Below the pieces are notes generated by a model. It was not told the origin of the DNA. It was given only the letters and a program-made list of their open reading frames with translations, and ran no database searches. Positions 18,718-28,272 of a stretch of 64,000 nucleotides of DNA are shown here, in pieces (position 1 is the first letter of the stretch; each line of letters starts with the position of its first letter). The position numbers and the translations under genes are program-made. Origin of the DNA: an uncultured Ignavibacteriales bacterium (lineage in GTDB: Bacteria; Zixibacteria; MSB-5A5; GN15; FEB-12); the NCBI GenBank assembly GCA_964464605.1, contig CAYXJN010000004.1:124001-188000 (forward strand), written 5' to 3'.

Positions 18718-21462
18718 ATGCAGCGGCATACCCGTTTTCTCGCCATAATGCTTATAGCGCTCGGTTGCTTGTTAACCGCTTCAGCCTCCGGTTTTGACCG
18801 TAAGGCCGAGCATGCCCGCAAAGTCGGCGCATACGACCCGGTCAAACGGTCAATGACAGAGGGGAAAAAGAGCGTTCCGACCCTTTCTTTGTCGTTGCCG
18901 GATTATATGATCTCGCAGCCGGTCATTCCTTCCCGGTTTACACAGCAAAACGCCGATGTTGTTGTGCTGAAATCCGGTCAATGGCTGACTGTCTGGTGCG
19001 ACAACCGGAATGGCGCATACAAAATTTTCGCGCAAAAGCTAACTTCCACCGGCGTCAAGATCGGCAGTAACCAGCTGGTGGCCGGCTCAACTGACGGATC
19101 TCATTTTGTCGATCCGAAAATCGAGGTAGACACTGCGGGACACCTGTTTCTTTTTTATCGTAATGCGACCAAAGGGTTGATTCTTGGAACGCGGCTGGAT
19201 GAAAATTTGAACGTGACCGTCCCTGAATTTTTAGTCAATGACACAACTGCCGTATCCTACGCCGGTTTGTATGATGTAGCCGTTTATCCGGATGGACGGT
19301 TCGTTGCCGTGTGGGAGAACAGCACTATCAGCAGCATCGCCATTCAAATGCGAATTTTTGACGTTACGGGAGCATCTGTGCTGGGGCCGGTTGATGTCAG
19401 CGTCGATGGTGGGTCGAGTATTAAATGGGAGCCGAATGTCGCGGTTGAACCGAATAGCGGATTTCTCATTACTTGGGAAGATGACCGTACCGGCAACAGT
19501 GATATTTATGCCCGTCTGTATAATGGCGCCGGAACGGCGCTGGGTGCGGATTTTAATATCATCCCGCCCGGTTCTGCATCGTTTATGCAGTCCGCTCCCC
19601 GGGTCGCGTTTTCACCGCGTGATAAATATGTTATCGGTTGGATAGATCGGCGGGCGGGCTTAGGGGCGTATATACAGCGTTACGATGCAACTACCGGATT
19701 GGTCGGTGTCAACGAACGTATTTCGCAGGTTGATACCAGTATCTATTGCTGGGACCTTGATTTTTCAGTTAACGCCGCCGGTGATTTACGCGCGGTTTGG
19801 GAAACCAGACCGCTCAGCACGATTACGTTTCTTGCGTTTTCTACCGGCTATACGCCGAATGGTGGATTCAATACCGTCAATGAGAGTTCAGTCGGCGGAC
19901 GGTTCGAAGCAGCAATTGCCCATGATGCTACCGGAAATTTCTCAGTGGCGTGGCGTGAAGTCGGTAGTGATGAACCGGATATACATTTTATGACATTCAC
20001 GCCGCCAACGACTCGGGTGTTAGCGGATGAACTGAAATTGAATGATGATTTACGCGGTTCTCCGGTTGCCGATCCGGTTATCAAAGCGACAACTACCTGG
20101 ACCAATTTAGTAGCATTTTCTAGTGAGCGGCGGGATGAGGGGGATATTATCCTCGGAAATATCAATAACTCCGGATTCATTCAGCGAAGCAACGCGCAGG
20201 TAAATCAGGATGCACCCGGCTCACTACAATTTCAACCTGATATAGCCGTTTCGCCGAGTTCAGTTTTGACCGTCTGGGTGGATGGACGGGATGTGCTCGC
20301 CGTTCCCGGGCAGCGTATCTTTGGCCGCTATTCCGATGCCCAGGGAATTTTCAGCGGCAGTGAATTCATGATTTCTGATTCCGCGCAGCTCGGTTCCAAA
20401 TCCCGGCCAAAAGCAGCGATGAATGCTGCCGGGAAAGGATTAGTTGTCTGGCTTGATTCCCGATTCGGATTCGCGCAGGTCATGGGGCGCTGGCTTACTT
20501 CCGGCGGCGCATTGGATGGTGCTGAGTTTACCGTTTCATCAACGTCAGTCGATACCGTCTGCGCGTTTCCCTCATTGATGGTCGATACCACTGGACGCTT
20601 TTATGCTGTCTGGTTGGATAACGGCATCGATACGCCGATGGTGCGCGGGCATTGGTTCAACGCCGATGGCAGCGAGGGTGGAACATTCGAATGGCAGCCG
20701 AGTGATCCGGGAACCGCGTTACTTGAGCTTTCCGCCGATCTGTTTCCTGACGGTAATATTGCGCTTTTATGGAGTGCTATTGTTCCTTCCGGTGTTAGCC
20801 TGTACATGTCCGTTATCTCCAATACCGGAACAGAGATTATCACGCCGCGGGAAGTGCCGGATGTCGTGGATGTTTTCCCGACCCACCCGTCGGTATCTGT
20901 CAGTACGGTTAGTCAATATATCAGTTGTACCTGGGTAGATATGCGGGATGGGAAAGAGCAGGTCTATTTCCAAATGTACGATGGCTTCGGACTTTCCGTT
21001 GGACCGAACGAAGCGATAGCTTCTACATCAGTCGAGTATATGCGCACTCCCGCCACTGATAACAATTTCGGACGCGCCTGGTTTGTCTGGGTTGATCCGC
21101 GTCAATATGGAGATAATGTCTGGGGCGCGTTTACGATTTATCAACCGACTGATGCTGATGGAGAAGAAAAACCGAGTCTGCCGTCGAAGTTCACGCTCGG
21201 ACAGAATTATCCGAATCCGTTCAATCCGAAAACGGAAATCCCGTTCAGCCTGACTACCAAAACAGAGGTTACGTTGATTGTCTACAATGTGCTCGGACAG
21301 GAAGTACGCACGGTAATGAATGAAATCTTACCGGCCGGTGAGCATATAGCGGTATGGGATGGGCGTGACAACAGCGGCAACAGCGTTACGACGGGTGTCT
21401 ATTTCTACCGGTTACAAGCGGGAAGTATCGATCAGGTGAAAAAGATGGTGCTGCTGAAATAG
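18718..21462 (+). CDS. Large secreted beta-repeat protein with FlgD-Ig/T9SS-CTD-like C-terminus
   Basis: Signal peptide; repeated VW.D.R.G..DI units; LGQNYPNPFNP...WDGRD...GVYFYRL...KKMVLLK. Confidence 0.82.
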   Translation: MQRHTRFLAIMLIALGCLLTASASGFDRKAEHARKVGAYDPVKRSMTEGKKSVPTLSLSLPDYMISQPVIPSRFTQQNADVVVLKSGQWLTVWCDNRNGAYKIFAQKLTSTGVKIGSNQLVAGSTDGSHFVDPKIEVDTAGHLFLFYRNATKGLILGTRLDENLNVTVPEFLVNDTTAVSYAGLYDVAVYPDGRFVAVWENSTISSIAIQMRIFDVTGASVLGPVDVSVDGGSSIKWEPNVAVEPNSGFLITWEDDRTGNSDIYARLYNGAGTALGADFNIIPPGSASFMQSAPRVAFSPRDKYVIGWIDRRAGLGAYIQRYDATTGLVGVNERISQVDTSIYCWDLDFSVNAAGDLRAVWETRPLSTITFLAFSTGYTPNGGFNTVNESSVGGRFEAAIAHDATGNFSVAWREVGSDEPDIHFMTFTPPTTRVLADELKLNDDLRGSPVADPVIKATTTWTNLVAFSSERRDEGDIILGNINNSGFIQRSNAQVNQDAPGSLQFQPDIAVSPSSVLTVWVDGRDVLAVPGQRIFGRYSDAQGIFSGSEFMISDSAQLGSKSRPKAAMNAAGKGLVVWLDSRFGFAQVMGRWLTSGGALDGAEFTVSSTSVDTVCAFPSLMVDTTGRFYAVWLDNGIDTPMVRGHWFNADGSEGGTFEWQPSDPGTALLELSADLFPDGNIALLWSAIVPSGVSLYMSVISNTGTEIITPREVPDVVDVFPTHPSVSVSTVSQYISCTWVDMRDGKEQVYFQMYDGFGLSVGPNEAIASTSVEYMRTPATDNNFGRAWFVWVDPRQYGDNVWGAFTIYQPTDADGEEKPSLPSKFTLGQNYPNPFNPKTEIPFSLTTKTEVTLIVYNVLGQEVRTVMNEILPAGEHIAVWDGRDNSGNSVTTGVYFYRLQAGSIDQVKKMVLLK

Positions 21463-21472
21463 CAGCGCCGTT

Positions 21473-22243
21473 TTATTGTGGGATGAACAGCGCGCTGAAA
21501 TCCTGAAAGAAGTGCGCGATAATACAGGGCCACAACGAGCCGGTACGGATATACAAAAGTGAGAACATCAGTCCGTACGTGGTAATTACGATAAGCCCGG
21601 GAATTCCCTGATAGGAATGGCAAATCCCGAAGGCCAGCGACGACAAAATAGTTGGGACTACCCATGAGTTCAATCCGTGCAACATTCGCAGACGAGTCAT
21701 TAGATATCCGCGAAACGCAGTCTCTTCACAAACCCCGGCGGTAATCGCCACAAACACCCACAGAATTTTCCCATGTAAACTTTCCGGTATTAATAGCCCG
21801 ATCTCACCGGGCATCGGCAGGCCGACCTGCGCCAGTGTCCAGGCTAAGCCTGACAAAATGAGATTTGCCATCAATACAAACGCGATAGCCCACGCGATAT
21901 AGATTGGTCTGAACGAAGTAAAGCCGATTGCTCTGAGAGGTGTTTTCTCGCTCTGGGTCGTCCAAAGGACCAATAAGAACATTCCCCAAAGCATAATGAC
22001 CGTGGAATACAATAGCACAAGCCGCATCCCTTCGTTCAAACTGCGCAAAAGGGCGGGGGCGTCTTCACCGAAGATCAGTGCCTGAATCGGATAGAGAACT
22101 AACAGTACTGCCAGTGAAACCCATGTCCAGGGCGTAGAGGTAAACGAACTGTTGCCTGTTTGTTCCTTGAAATCCTGCTGCTGCGGGCTTTCGCTCCGAC
22201 GGGAAGCGTAGACTTCGTATCGTTCGATGTCATCTTGGTGCAT
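21473..22243 (-). CDS. CPBP (CAAX/Abi) intramembrane metalloprotease
   Basis: EETAFRGY, FGICHSYQ, IIAHFFQD motifs. Confidence 0.9.
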   Translation of the reverse strand: MHQDDIERYEVYASRRSESPQQQDFKEQTGNSSFTSTPWTWVSLAVLLVLYPIQALIFGEDAPALLRSLNEGMRLVLLYSTVIMLWGMFLLVLWTTQSEKTPLRAIGFTSFRPIYIAWAIAFVLMANLILSGLAWTLAQVGLPMPGEIGLLIPESLHGKILWVFVAITAGVCEETAFRGYLMTRLRMLHGLNSWVVPTILSSLAFGICHSYQGIPGLIVITTYGLMFSLLYIRTGSLWPCIIAHFFQDFSALFIPQ

Positions 22244-22352
22244 TTCTATTCATTCTACGCAATTCACTCGCCAAAAACAGGGGAAATTCACTACAAACTG
22301 CGGGTTTCATCCCTTAGTGTCTGTGCAAATACTGAACAACGGGAATACAGGG

Positions 22353-22423
22353 GTGATGTGACACTTGTGATATCACGTGAACGTAATCAGTTTCATGTGA
22401 TATGACGGCTATGTAATAGTCAC
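22353..22423. promoter_or_regulatory. Repeated GTGAT-like palindromic boxes
   Basis: GTGATGTGAC 22353, GTGATATCAC 22367 (perfect palindrome), GTGATATGAC 22397, GTAATAGTCAC 22413. Confidence 0.5.
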
Positions 22424-22474
22424 CCGTCATCGGGGCCGTGTATTATTCCCGCGAACGACAGGGCTAGGAGTGTT

Positions 22475-23077
22475 ATGAAAAGGGCTAAGATTGTCTACCA
22501 GGACTGGATTGTCCAATTGGGGCATGATCCGGATCTGTTTCCGGAGGAGCGTCTCATTCAGGCAGAAAGTGGAACCGAGGGGATTTCATTTTTTGCCTCA
22601 TCATCGCATGTTTCCGATGAAATTGAGCAGGCGGTTGCAAAGGGGATGCAAACGCTCACCGAAGATGAGCGGGAGTTTATCGCCCGGTTTCACTTCATGG
22701 GGGAGAGCTATCAGGAGATAGCCGAGAAATCCGGACGGATACCGCATAAATTAGAAGCGCTTCACCGCCGGGCGCTACGCAAACTGAAACTGACCCTCAC
22801 CGAGTTTGCAGTTAAGCGATACAATCTTGCAATCAACGATTCAGAATTGCGAGCGGCGCAATGTCCTCTCTGCCAATCGCCGTATTGTCTCGACATCAAT
22901 CAGCTCATCAATCAAAAACCTGCGCATGAAACGTGGCGGCCGATAATCCGCGTGCTTCGTGAGCAGTATGGAATAAGTATCCGTTCACCGCAGGTATTAA
23001 TCGGACATCAGAAATATCATCACGGAATGCAATCAACAGAAAGGACGATGTATGGAATCGACCATCACCAAAACTGA
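22475..23077 (+). CDS. Sigma70 region-4-like HTH protein with C-terminal CxxC...HxxxH putative Zn domain
   Basis: LTEDEREFI..FHFMGESYQEIAE...RALRKL; CPLC...GHQKYH; AGGAG RBS. Confidence 0.72.
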   Translation: MKRAKIVYQDWIVQLGHDPDLFPEERLIQAESGTEGISFFASSSHVSDEIEQAVAKGMQTLTEDEREFIARFHFMGESYQEIAEKSGRIPHKLEALHRRALRKLKLTLTEFAVKRYNLAINDSELRAAQCPLCQSPYCLDINQLINQKPAHETWRPIIRVLREQYGISIRSPQVLIGHQKYHHGMQSTERTMYGIDHHQN

Positions 23078-23330
23078 AACCGAACCGACTTCGGTAACCA
23101 AAACTCGGGGCGAGCACTGTTTAAATATCTTCGTTTCGCATGAACTCAAAAGCCGACTGCAGGGATTGAGCGATAAATATGATCGCACCCTTTCCGACAT
23201 GGTCCGCGCAGTGTTGCGAATCGGCATTCCGATGATGGAAGGGTTATCCGAAGCGGAAGAAACCATGGTGAAGGAATATATCAGCTTGTTTCGAAAGCTG
23301 CGTCAGGTGAAGAGTTTAAAGGAGATTTAA
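23052..23330 (+). CDS. Ribbon-helix-helix (CopG-like) DNA-binding protein
   Basis: LNIFVSHELKSRLQGLSDKYDRTLSDMVRAVL pattern; AAGGA RBS. Confidence 0.75.
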   Translation: MESTITKTETEPTSVTKTRGEHCLNIFVSHELKSRLQGLSDKYDRTLSDMVRAVLRIGIPMMEGLSEAEETMVKEYISLFRKLRQVKSLKEI

Positions 23331-23428
23331 AGCTTCGTAAGTCATGATTTCCATTATTGTTACTCGAAAAAGTGGGACTAAAAAAAGCTTGAGCATCCGC
23401 TATACCAGCGCGTATACTTAGGGCTATC

Positions 23429-24832
23429 ATGTACCTAAAGCAGCGGACAATTAAGCGGGATATTTCCCTCTCCGGAGTCGGCCTCCACACAGGGAACTCC
23501 TGCACGATGACCTTCAAACCGGCGCCGCCTGATCAGGGGATTCGGTTTGTTCGCGTCGATCTGCCCGACAAGCCGTTCGTGCAGGCCGATGTCGACCATG
23601 TTGTCGATATTTCCCGCGGCACAACGCTGCAAAAAGGGGAAGCGAAAGTTCACACGGTCGAGCATGTTCTCGCTGCTTTCGCCGGGTTGCAGCTTGATAA
23701 CATGGTGGTCGAGTTGGATAACAATGAGCCGCCGGTGTGCGATGGTTCAGCTATCGAGTACGTAAACAAAATTCTCGAAGCAGGTATTGTCGAGCAGGAT
23801 GCCGATAAATTCTATCTCGAAATCGATACGACAATGTCGTACAGCGAGCCTGATCGCGCGGTCGATCTGGTTGTGACGCCGTCTGATGATCTCCGTATTA
23901 CCTTTATGATCGATTACCAGAACCGCGCTCTCGGTACGCAGTACACGACGCTTATGAATCTGGAAAAAGAGTTCGTCAGCGATTATGCGCCGGCGCGGAC
24001 ATTTTGTTTCCTTTCTGAAGTTGAACAGCTTCGCAAATCCGGTTTGATTAAAGGCGGGACACTCTCGAGTGCGATCGTGATTTACGATTCTGAAAATGGA
24101 AAGATAGATCACAGCAAAGTCGACCATAACCGTATCAAAGCGGCGTTGAATATGAAAGATGAGGTTTTTGTCGGTGAAGACGGCATTATCAACAGCGTCA
24201 AGATGCGTTTCCCGAATGAACCGGTGCGGCATAAAACGCTCGATTTGCTCGGCGATCTCTTTTTAATCGGCGCGCCGTTTAAAGGGCATGTGCTGGCCGC
24301 GCGTTCCGGTCATAAAGCGAACGTCGCTTTAGCGCGCAAGATGCGGGAACTCTACAAAAAGAAAAAATTCGTCAGCCGTTTCTCGAACAAAAAAGGAAAC
24401 GCGCTTGATATCAATGCGATTTTGGAAATCATGCCGCATCGGTATCCGTTTTTAATGATCGATCGCGTGATCGACATGGAACCGGGGAAGCGGGTGGTGG
24501 CGATCAAAAATGTCACGATGAACGAAGAGTTTTTCCAGGGGCATTTCCCGGGTCATCCGATTATGCCGGGTGTGCTGATTTTGGAAGCGATGGCGCAGGC
24601 AGGAGGCTTTTTGCTTTTGAACAACATTCCTGATCCGAAAAAGAAGGTTGTCTATTTTCTCGGTGTCGATAACGCGCGGTTCCGTAAACCGGTTGTACCG
24701 GGGGACCAATTGCGCTTTGAAATGGAAATGCAATCGCTCCGCCGAAATACCTGTAAAATTACCGGCAAAGCCTATGTCGATGATACTGTCGTAGCGGACG
24801 CCGATTTGATGGCGATGATAATTGACCGATGA
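23429..24832 (+). CDS. lpxC: Bifunctional LpxC-FabZ
   Basis: TVEHVLAA and HKTLDLLGD LpxC motifs followed by PHRYPFL, FQGHFP, PGVLILEAMAQ FabZ motifs. Confidence 0.96.
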   Translation: MYLKQRTIKRDISLSGVGLHTGNSCTMTFKPAPPDQGIRFVRVDLPDKPFVQADVDHVVDISRGTTLQKGEAKVHTVEHVLAAFAGLQLDNMVVELDNNEPPVCDGSAIEYVNKILEAGIVEQDADKFYLEIDTTMSYSEPDRAVDLVVTPSDDLRITFMIDYQNRALGTQYTTLMNLEKEFVSDYAPARTFCFLSEVEQLRKSGLIKGGTLSSAIVIYDSENGKIDHSKVDHNRIKAALNMKDEVFVGEDGIINSVKMRFPNEPVRHKTLDLLGDLFLIGAPFKGHVLAARSGHKANVALARKMRELYKKKKFVSRFSNKKGNALDINAILEIMPHRYPFLMIDRVIDMEPGKRVVAIKNVTMNEEFFQGHFPGHPIMPGVLILEAMAQAGGFLLLNNIPDPKKKVVYFLGVDNARFRKPVVPGDQLRFEMEMQSLRRNTCKITGKAYVDDTVVADADLMAMIIDR

Positions 24833-25605
24833 ACAACACGATACACTCCACAGCAATCGTATCTCCCAAAGCTGAACTCGGCGGCAATGTCTCAGTTGGA
24901 CCGTACTCGATAATCGAGGACGGCGTTAAAATCGGCGCTGGTTCAATTATTGCATCGAATGTCCTGATTGCTGCCGGTGCAGAACTTGGACAGAACGTAA
25001 AAGTATCGCACGGCGCAGTGCTTGGTACGCAGCCGCAGGATTTGAAATTCGGCGGGGAGCCAACCAAGGCGATAATAGGAGATAACACCGTCATTCGTGA
25101 ATGCGTAACCATTAACCGAGGGACGAAAGCATCGGGAAAAACAGTCGTTGGTAAAAATTGCTTATTCATGGCCTACACGCATGTTGCCCATGACTGTATT
25201 CTCGGTGACAACGTTATTATGGCGAATTCGGTGAATCTCGGTGGTCATGTCGAAATCGGCAACTACGCGATTATCGGCGGGTTAGTGCCGGTGCATCAGT
25301 TCGTCAAAATCGGCGCCCATGTCATGATCGGCGGCGGTTTTCGCGCGGTGCAGGATATTGTTCCATTCGCTTTGTGCGGCGGTTATCCGTTAAAGGTGGT
25401 CGGAATGAATATGACCGGTTTGCGCCGGAGAGGATTCAAACCGGATGTACTCAAAACGCTTGAACATACGTTCAAGCTGCTCTTTTTCTCAGGATTGAAT
25501 ACTTCACAGGCGGTGGAACGAATTAACGCTGAGATTCCGTTGATTGCTGAAGTCAAGGAAGTGCTCAGTTTCTTGGGAAACTCAAATCGCGGCATTGTGA
25601 AATAA
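24829..25605 (+). CDS. lpxA: UDP-N-acetylglucosamine acyltransferase
   Basis: Hexapeptide repeats, PQDLKF, HVAHDC, VHQF, GLRRRGF. Confidence 0.96.
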   Translation: MNNTIHSTAIVSPKAELGGNVSVGPYSIIEDGVKIGAGSIIASNVLIAAGAELGQNVKVSHGAVLGTQPQDLKFGGEPTKAIIGDNTVIRECVTINRGTKASGKTVVGKNCLFMAYTHVAHDCILGDNVIMANSVNLGGHVEIGNYAIIGGLVPVHQFVKIGAHVMIGGGFRAVQDIVPFALCGGYPLKVVGMNMTGLRRRGFKPDVLKTLEHTFKLLFFSGLNTSQAVERINAEIPLIAEVKEVLSFLGNSNRGIVK

Positions 25606-25626
25606 GCGCCCGCGAGGTATCCGGGT

Positions 25627-26145
25627 ATGAAAAAAACAATCCTCTATATCTGGCTTTTTACGTTAGTCTGCGTACTTGCGCAGCCGGCAATGTATTACAA
25701 CGAATTGCCTGATCAGCTCGCAACCTCATTTGATTTACAAAACAATCCGGACGGGTACAGCAGCAAAGAACAGTTTCTGATTCTATGGGTTGCACTGATT
25801 CTCTTTATAAATGGCATTATGCATTTTATTACGTCGGTTGTTTGGCGTATCGCACCGACACGATTTAATGTGCCCAACCGGACATATTGGCTGTCGACAG
25901 AAGAAAATCGGAAGTTCGCGCGGGAAAAAGTTTCGATTGGAATGAAGCTGATCGCGACGACCTGTAATCTTTTGCTTATGTCGGTTTTTTATCTCATCTA
26001 TACGTTCAATGTACAGGGAAAAGCGCCGTTTGATTCGATGTTGGTAATGGGCGGATTTGTCCTCTTGATGTTGGCGATCGTTGCTTATTTTCTCAGTTCA
26101 TTTCGTCTGCCGCCGCAATCGAGCGGTAATCCCTACGCCCGGTAA
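25627..26145 (+). CDS. DUF1648-like membrane protein
   Basis: YNELPDQLATSF...PDGYSSK, NVPNRTYW; several TM segments. Confidence 0.7.
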   Translation: MKKTILYIWLFTLVCVLAQPAMYYNELPDQLATSFDLQNNPDGYSSKEQFLILWVALILFINGIMHFITSVVWRIAPTRFNVPNRTYWLSTEENRKFAREKVSIGMKLIATTCNLLLMSVFYLIYTFNVQGKAPFDSMLVMGGFVLLMLAIVAYFLSSFRLPPQSSGNPYAR

Positions 26146-26150
26146 TCAGT

Positions 26151-27140
26151 ATGAGCGAACGTAAAGTACGGACAGCGGCAATCGGTGTCGGGGCGTTGGG
26201 GAAACACCATTTGAAATGGCTTTCGCAATTACCGCAATCTGAGTTGGTCGGTTGTTATGATCTCGATACGGAAAAAGCAAAGACATTTGCACAGCAATAC
26301 AATTGTACAGCTTTCGGTTCCCTTGATGAATGTGCAGAAGCGGCAGAGGCGGTTTCAATCGTAGTAACGACCAAAGCGCACTTTGAAGTCGCCCGTTTTT
26401 TTATTGAGCGCGGTATTCATTGTTTAATCGAAAAACCAGTGACGGCGACATTGGAAGAAGCTTCAACATTACAACAACTCGCAATCACAAAAAAAGTTAA
26501 AGCGGCTGTCGGACATATAGAGCGTTGTAACCCGGCAGTTCGTGCAGCTATCAACGCGGGTATAGCACCCTCGTTTATCGAGGCACATCGGCTGGCGAGT
26601 TTCGATCCGCGCGGGGCTGATGTCGCCGTTATTTTGGATTTGATGATTCATGACATTGACTTGGCCTTACTCTTTATTAAGCACCCGGTCGTTGATATTC
26701 AGGCTTCGGCAGTGGCGGTGGTTTCCGATTCGGCGGATATTGCCAATGCCCGGCTAACCTTTGCAAACGGAGCCGTTGCAAACTTGACCGCCTCACGTAT
26801 CTCACTTAACGCAATGCGCAAACTTCGCCTGTTCCAGCATGCAGGTTATGTTTCGCTCGATTTAGCCAAAAAAGAGGCAGACACGTATCGACTCATTGCT
26901 TCGACTGATAAAGCGGAGGGGATGCGCCTGCCGCTCGGCAAATCCGGCCGGGATGTGTTATATCAAAAAAAGGCGGATGACGGTGTCGATATGCTCGGTG
27001 CTGAGTTGGGGCAGTTTTTAGATGCGATTATCCATGATACTCCGGTTGCGGTTTCGATTTCAGAAGGGGCGGAGGCATTGCGCATTGCCCTTGAAGTAGA
27101 GCGTATAGGGCATGCCTCGGTAGAACGTCTGCTTTCCTAA
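26151..27140 (+). CDS. Gfo/Idh/MocA oxidoreductase, GnnA-like
   Basis: IGVGALG, EKP, GHIER, DLMIHDID motifs; position between lpxA and lpxB. Confidence 0.85.
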   Translation: MSERKVRTAAIGVGALGKHHLKWLSQLPQSELVGCYDLDTEKAKTFAQQYNCTAFGSLDECAEAAEAVSIVVTTKAHFEVARFFIERGIHCLIEKPVTATLEEASTLQQLAITKKVKAAVGHIERCNPAVRAAINAGIAPSFIEAHRLASFDPRGADVAVILDLMIHDIDLALLFIKHPVVDIQASAVAVVSDSADIANARLTFANGAVANLTASRISLNAMRKLRLFQHAGYVSLDLAKKEADTYRLIASTDKAEGMRLPLGKSGRDVLYQKKADDGVDMLGAELGQFLDAIIHDTPVAVSISEGAEALRIALEVERIGHASVERLLS

Positions 27141-27144
27141 TCAG

Positions 27145-28260
27145 ATGAAATCTTCAACCATTTTCCTTTCGGCAGGAGACCACTCCGGAGATGTGGCGGC
27201 ATCATTGTTGGTCGATGCCTTACGTTCCCGCATCCCTGATATACAATTGTTCGGATTGGGCGGGGAGAAACTTCACACGCGAAATCAGGAACAGTTCGCG
27301 AGTGGAAATGATCTGGCAGTGATGGGATTTTGGGAAGTTGCCAAACGTTTTTTTTATTTTCAGTCGCTGCTCGACAAATGTGTTAAAGAAATCGAAACCC
27401 GCCGTCCCGAAACGGTCATTTTAGTCGATTACCCCGGCTTTAATCTGCGGTTAGCGAAGCGAATCAAAGAAACAGGTATTCCGGTTATTTATTATATCTC
27501 GCCGCAGGTCTGGGCATGGGGGAAAAAAAGGATTCCGGAAATGCGGGAACTGATTGATTTGTTTTTAGTGATTCTTCCGTTTGAAGCCCCTTTTTTTGCG
27601 AAACATCAGGTAGAAGCCAAGTTTGTCGGGCACTATTTGCTTGAAGAGATTCCGGAAAATATGATTTCCTCGCCGACTCCATCCAAAGGACACTTGGCGT
27701 TGTTACCTGGTTCGCGGGTGATAGAAATAAAACGACTGTTACCGCTGATGCTCGACGTTGCTCGTTCATGGCATGCACAAACCGGTGAACAATCAGTTGT
27801 AGCTGCCATTAAAGGGAAGTTCCCGTACGAAGAAGCGATTGCACCGTATCGTGATTGTGTTCGTATCGAATATGATAATGCGCGAGAAGTTATTTATAAG
27901 AGCAGTTCGGTCGTTGTTGCCTCCGGTACGGCGACTTTGGAATGTGGGATTATCGGGCGGCCGATGGTAATTGTTTACAAAACCGGACGAATTACCTGGG
28001 AAATCGCGAAACGATTAGTGATGGTAACTTCTGTCGGATTAGTCAATCTGACACTCGGCAAAAAAGTCGTGTCTGAACTGTTGCAGCATGATGCGACTAC
28101 AGAAAAAGTAGTGGCAGAGCTGTTGCGTATGAAAGCGGGGACAGCGGTTCGCCAGACTATGCTGGGTGAACTGCAATCGTTACCGCATTTGTTGGGAGAA
28201 AAAGGAGCATCCTTACGGGCAGCTGATGCTATTGTTGCGTTGCTCGACAAAAAAAGGTGA
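27145..28260 (+). CDS. lpxB: Lipid-A-disaccharide synthase
   Basis: AGDHSGD, DYPGFN, PQVWAW, LPFE, LLPGSR, SGTATLE. Confidence 0.95.
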   Translation: MKSSTIFLSAGDHSGDVAASLLVDALRSRIPDIQLFGLGGEKLHTRNQEQFASGNDLAVMGFWEVAKRFFYFQSLLDKCVKEIETRRPETVILVDYPGFNLRLAKRIKETGIPVIYYISPQVWAWGKKRIPEMRELIDLFLVILPFEAPFFAKHQVEAKFVGHYLLEEIPENMISSPTPSKGHLALLPGSRVIEIKRLLPLMLDVARSWHAQTGEQSVVAAIKGKFPYEEAIAPYRDCVRIEYDNAREVIYKSSSVVVASGTATLECGIIGRPMVIVYKTGRITWEIAKRLVMVTSVGLVNLTLGKKVVSELLQHDATTEKVVAELLRMKAGTAVRQTMLGELQSLPHLLGEKGASLRAADAIVALLDKKR

Positions 28261-28272
28261 TTCCAGCTTACT

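Noticed and set aside
23429..24832. LpxC-FabZ fusion as a novelty
   Set aside because: Well known in Bacteroidota and related phyla.
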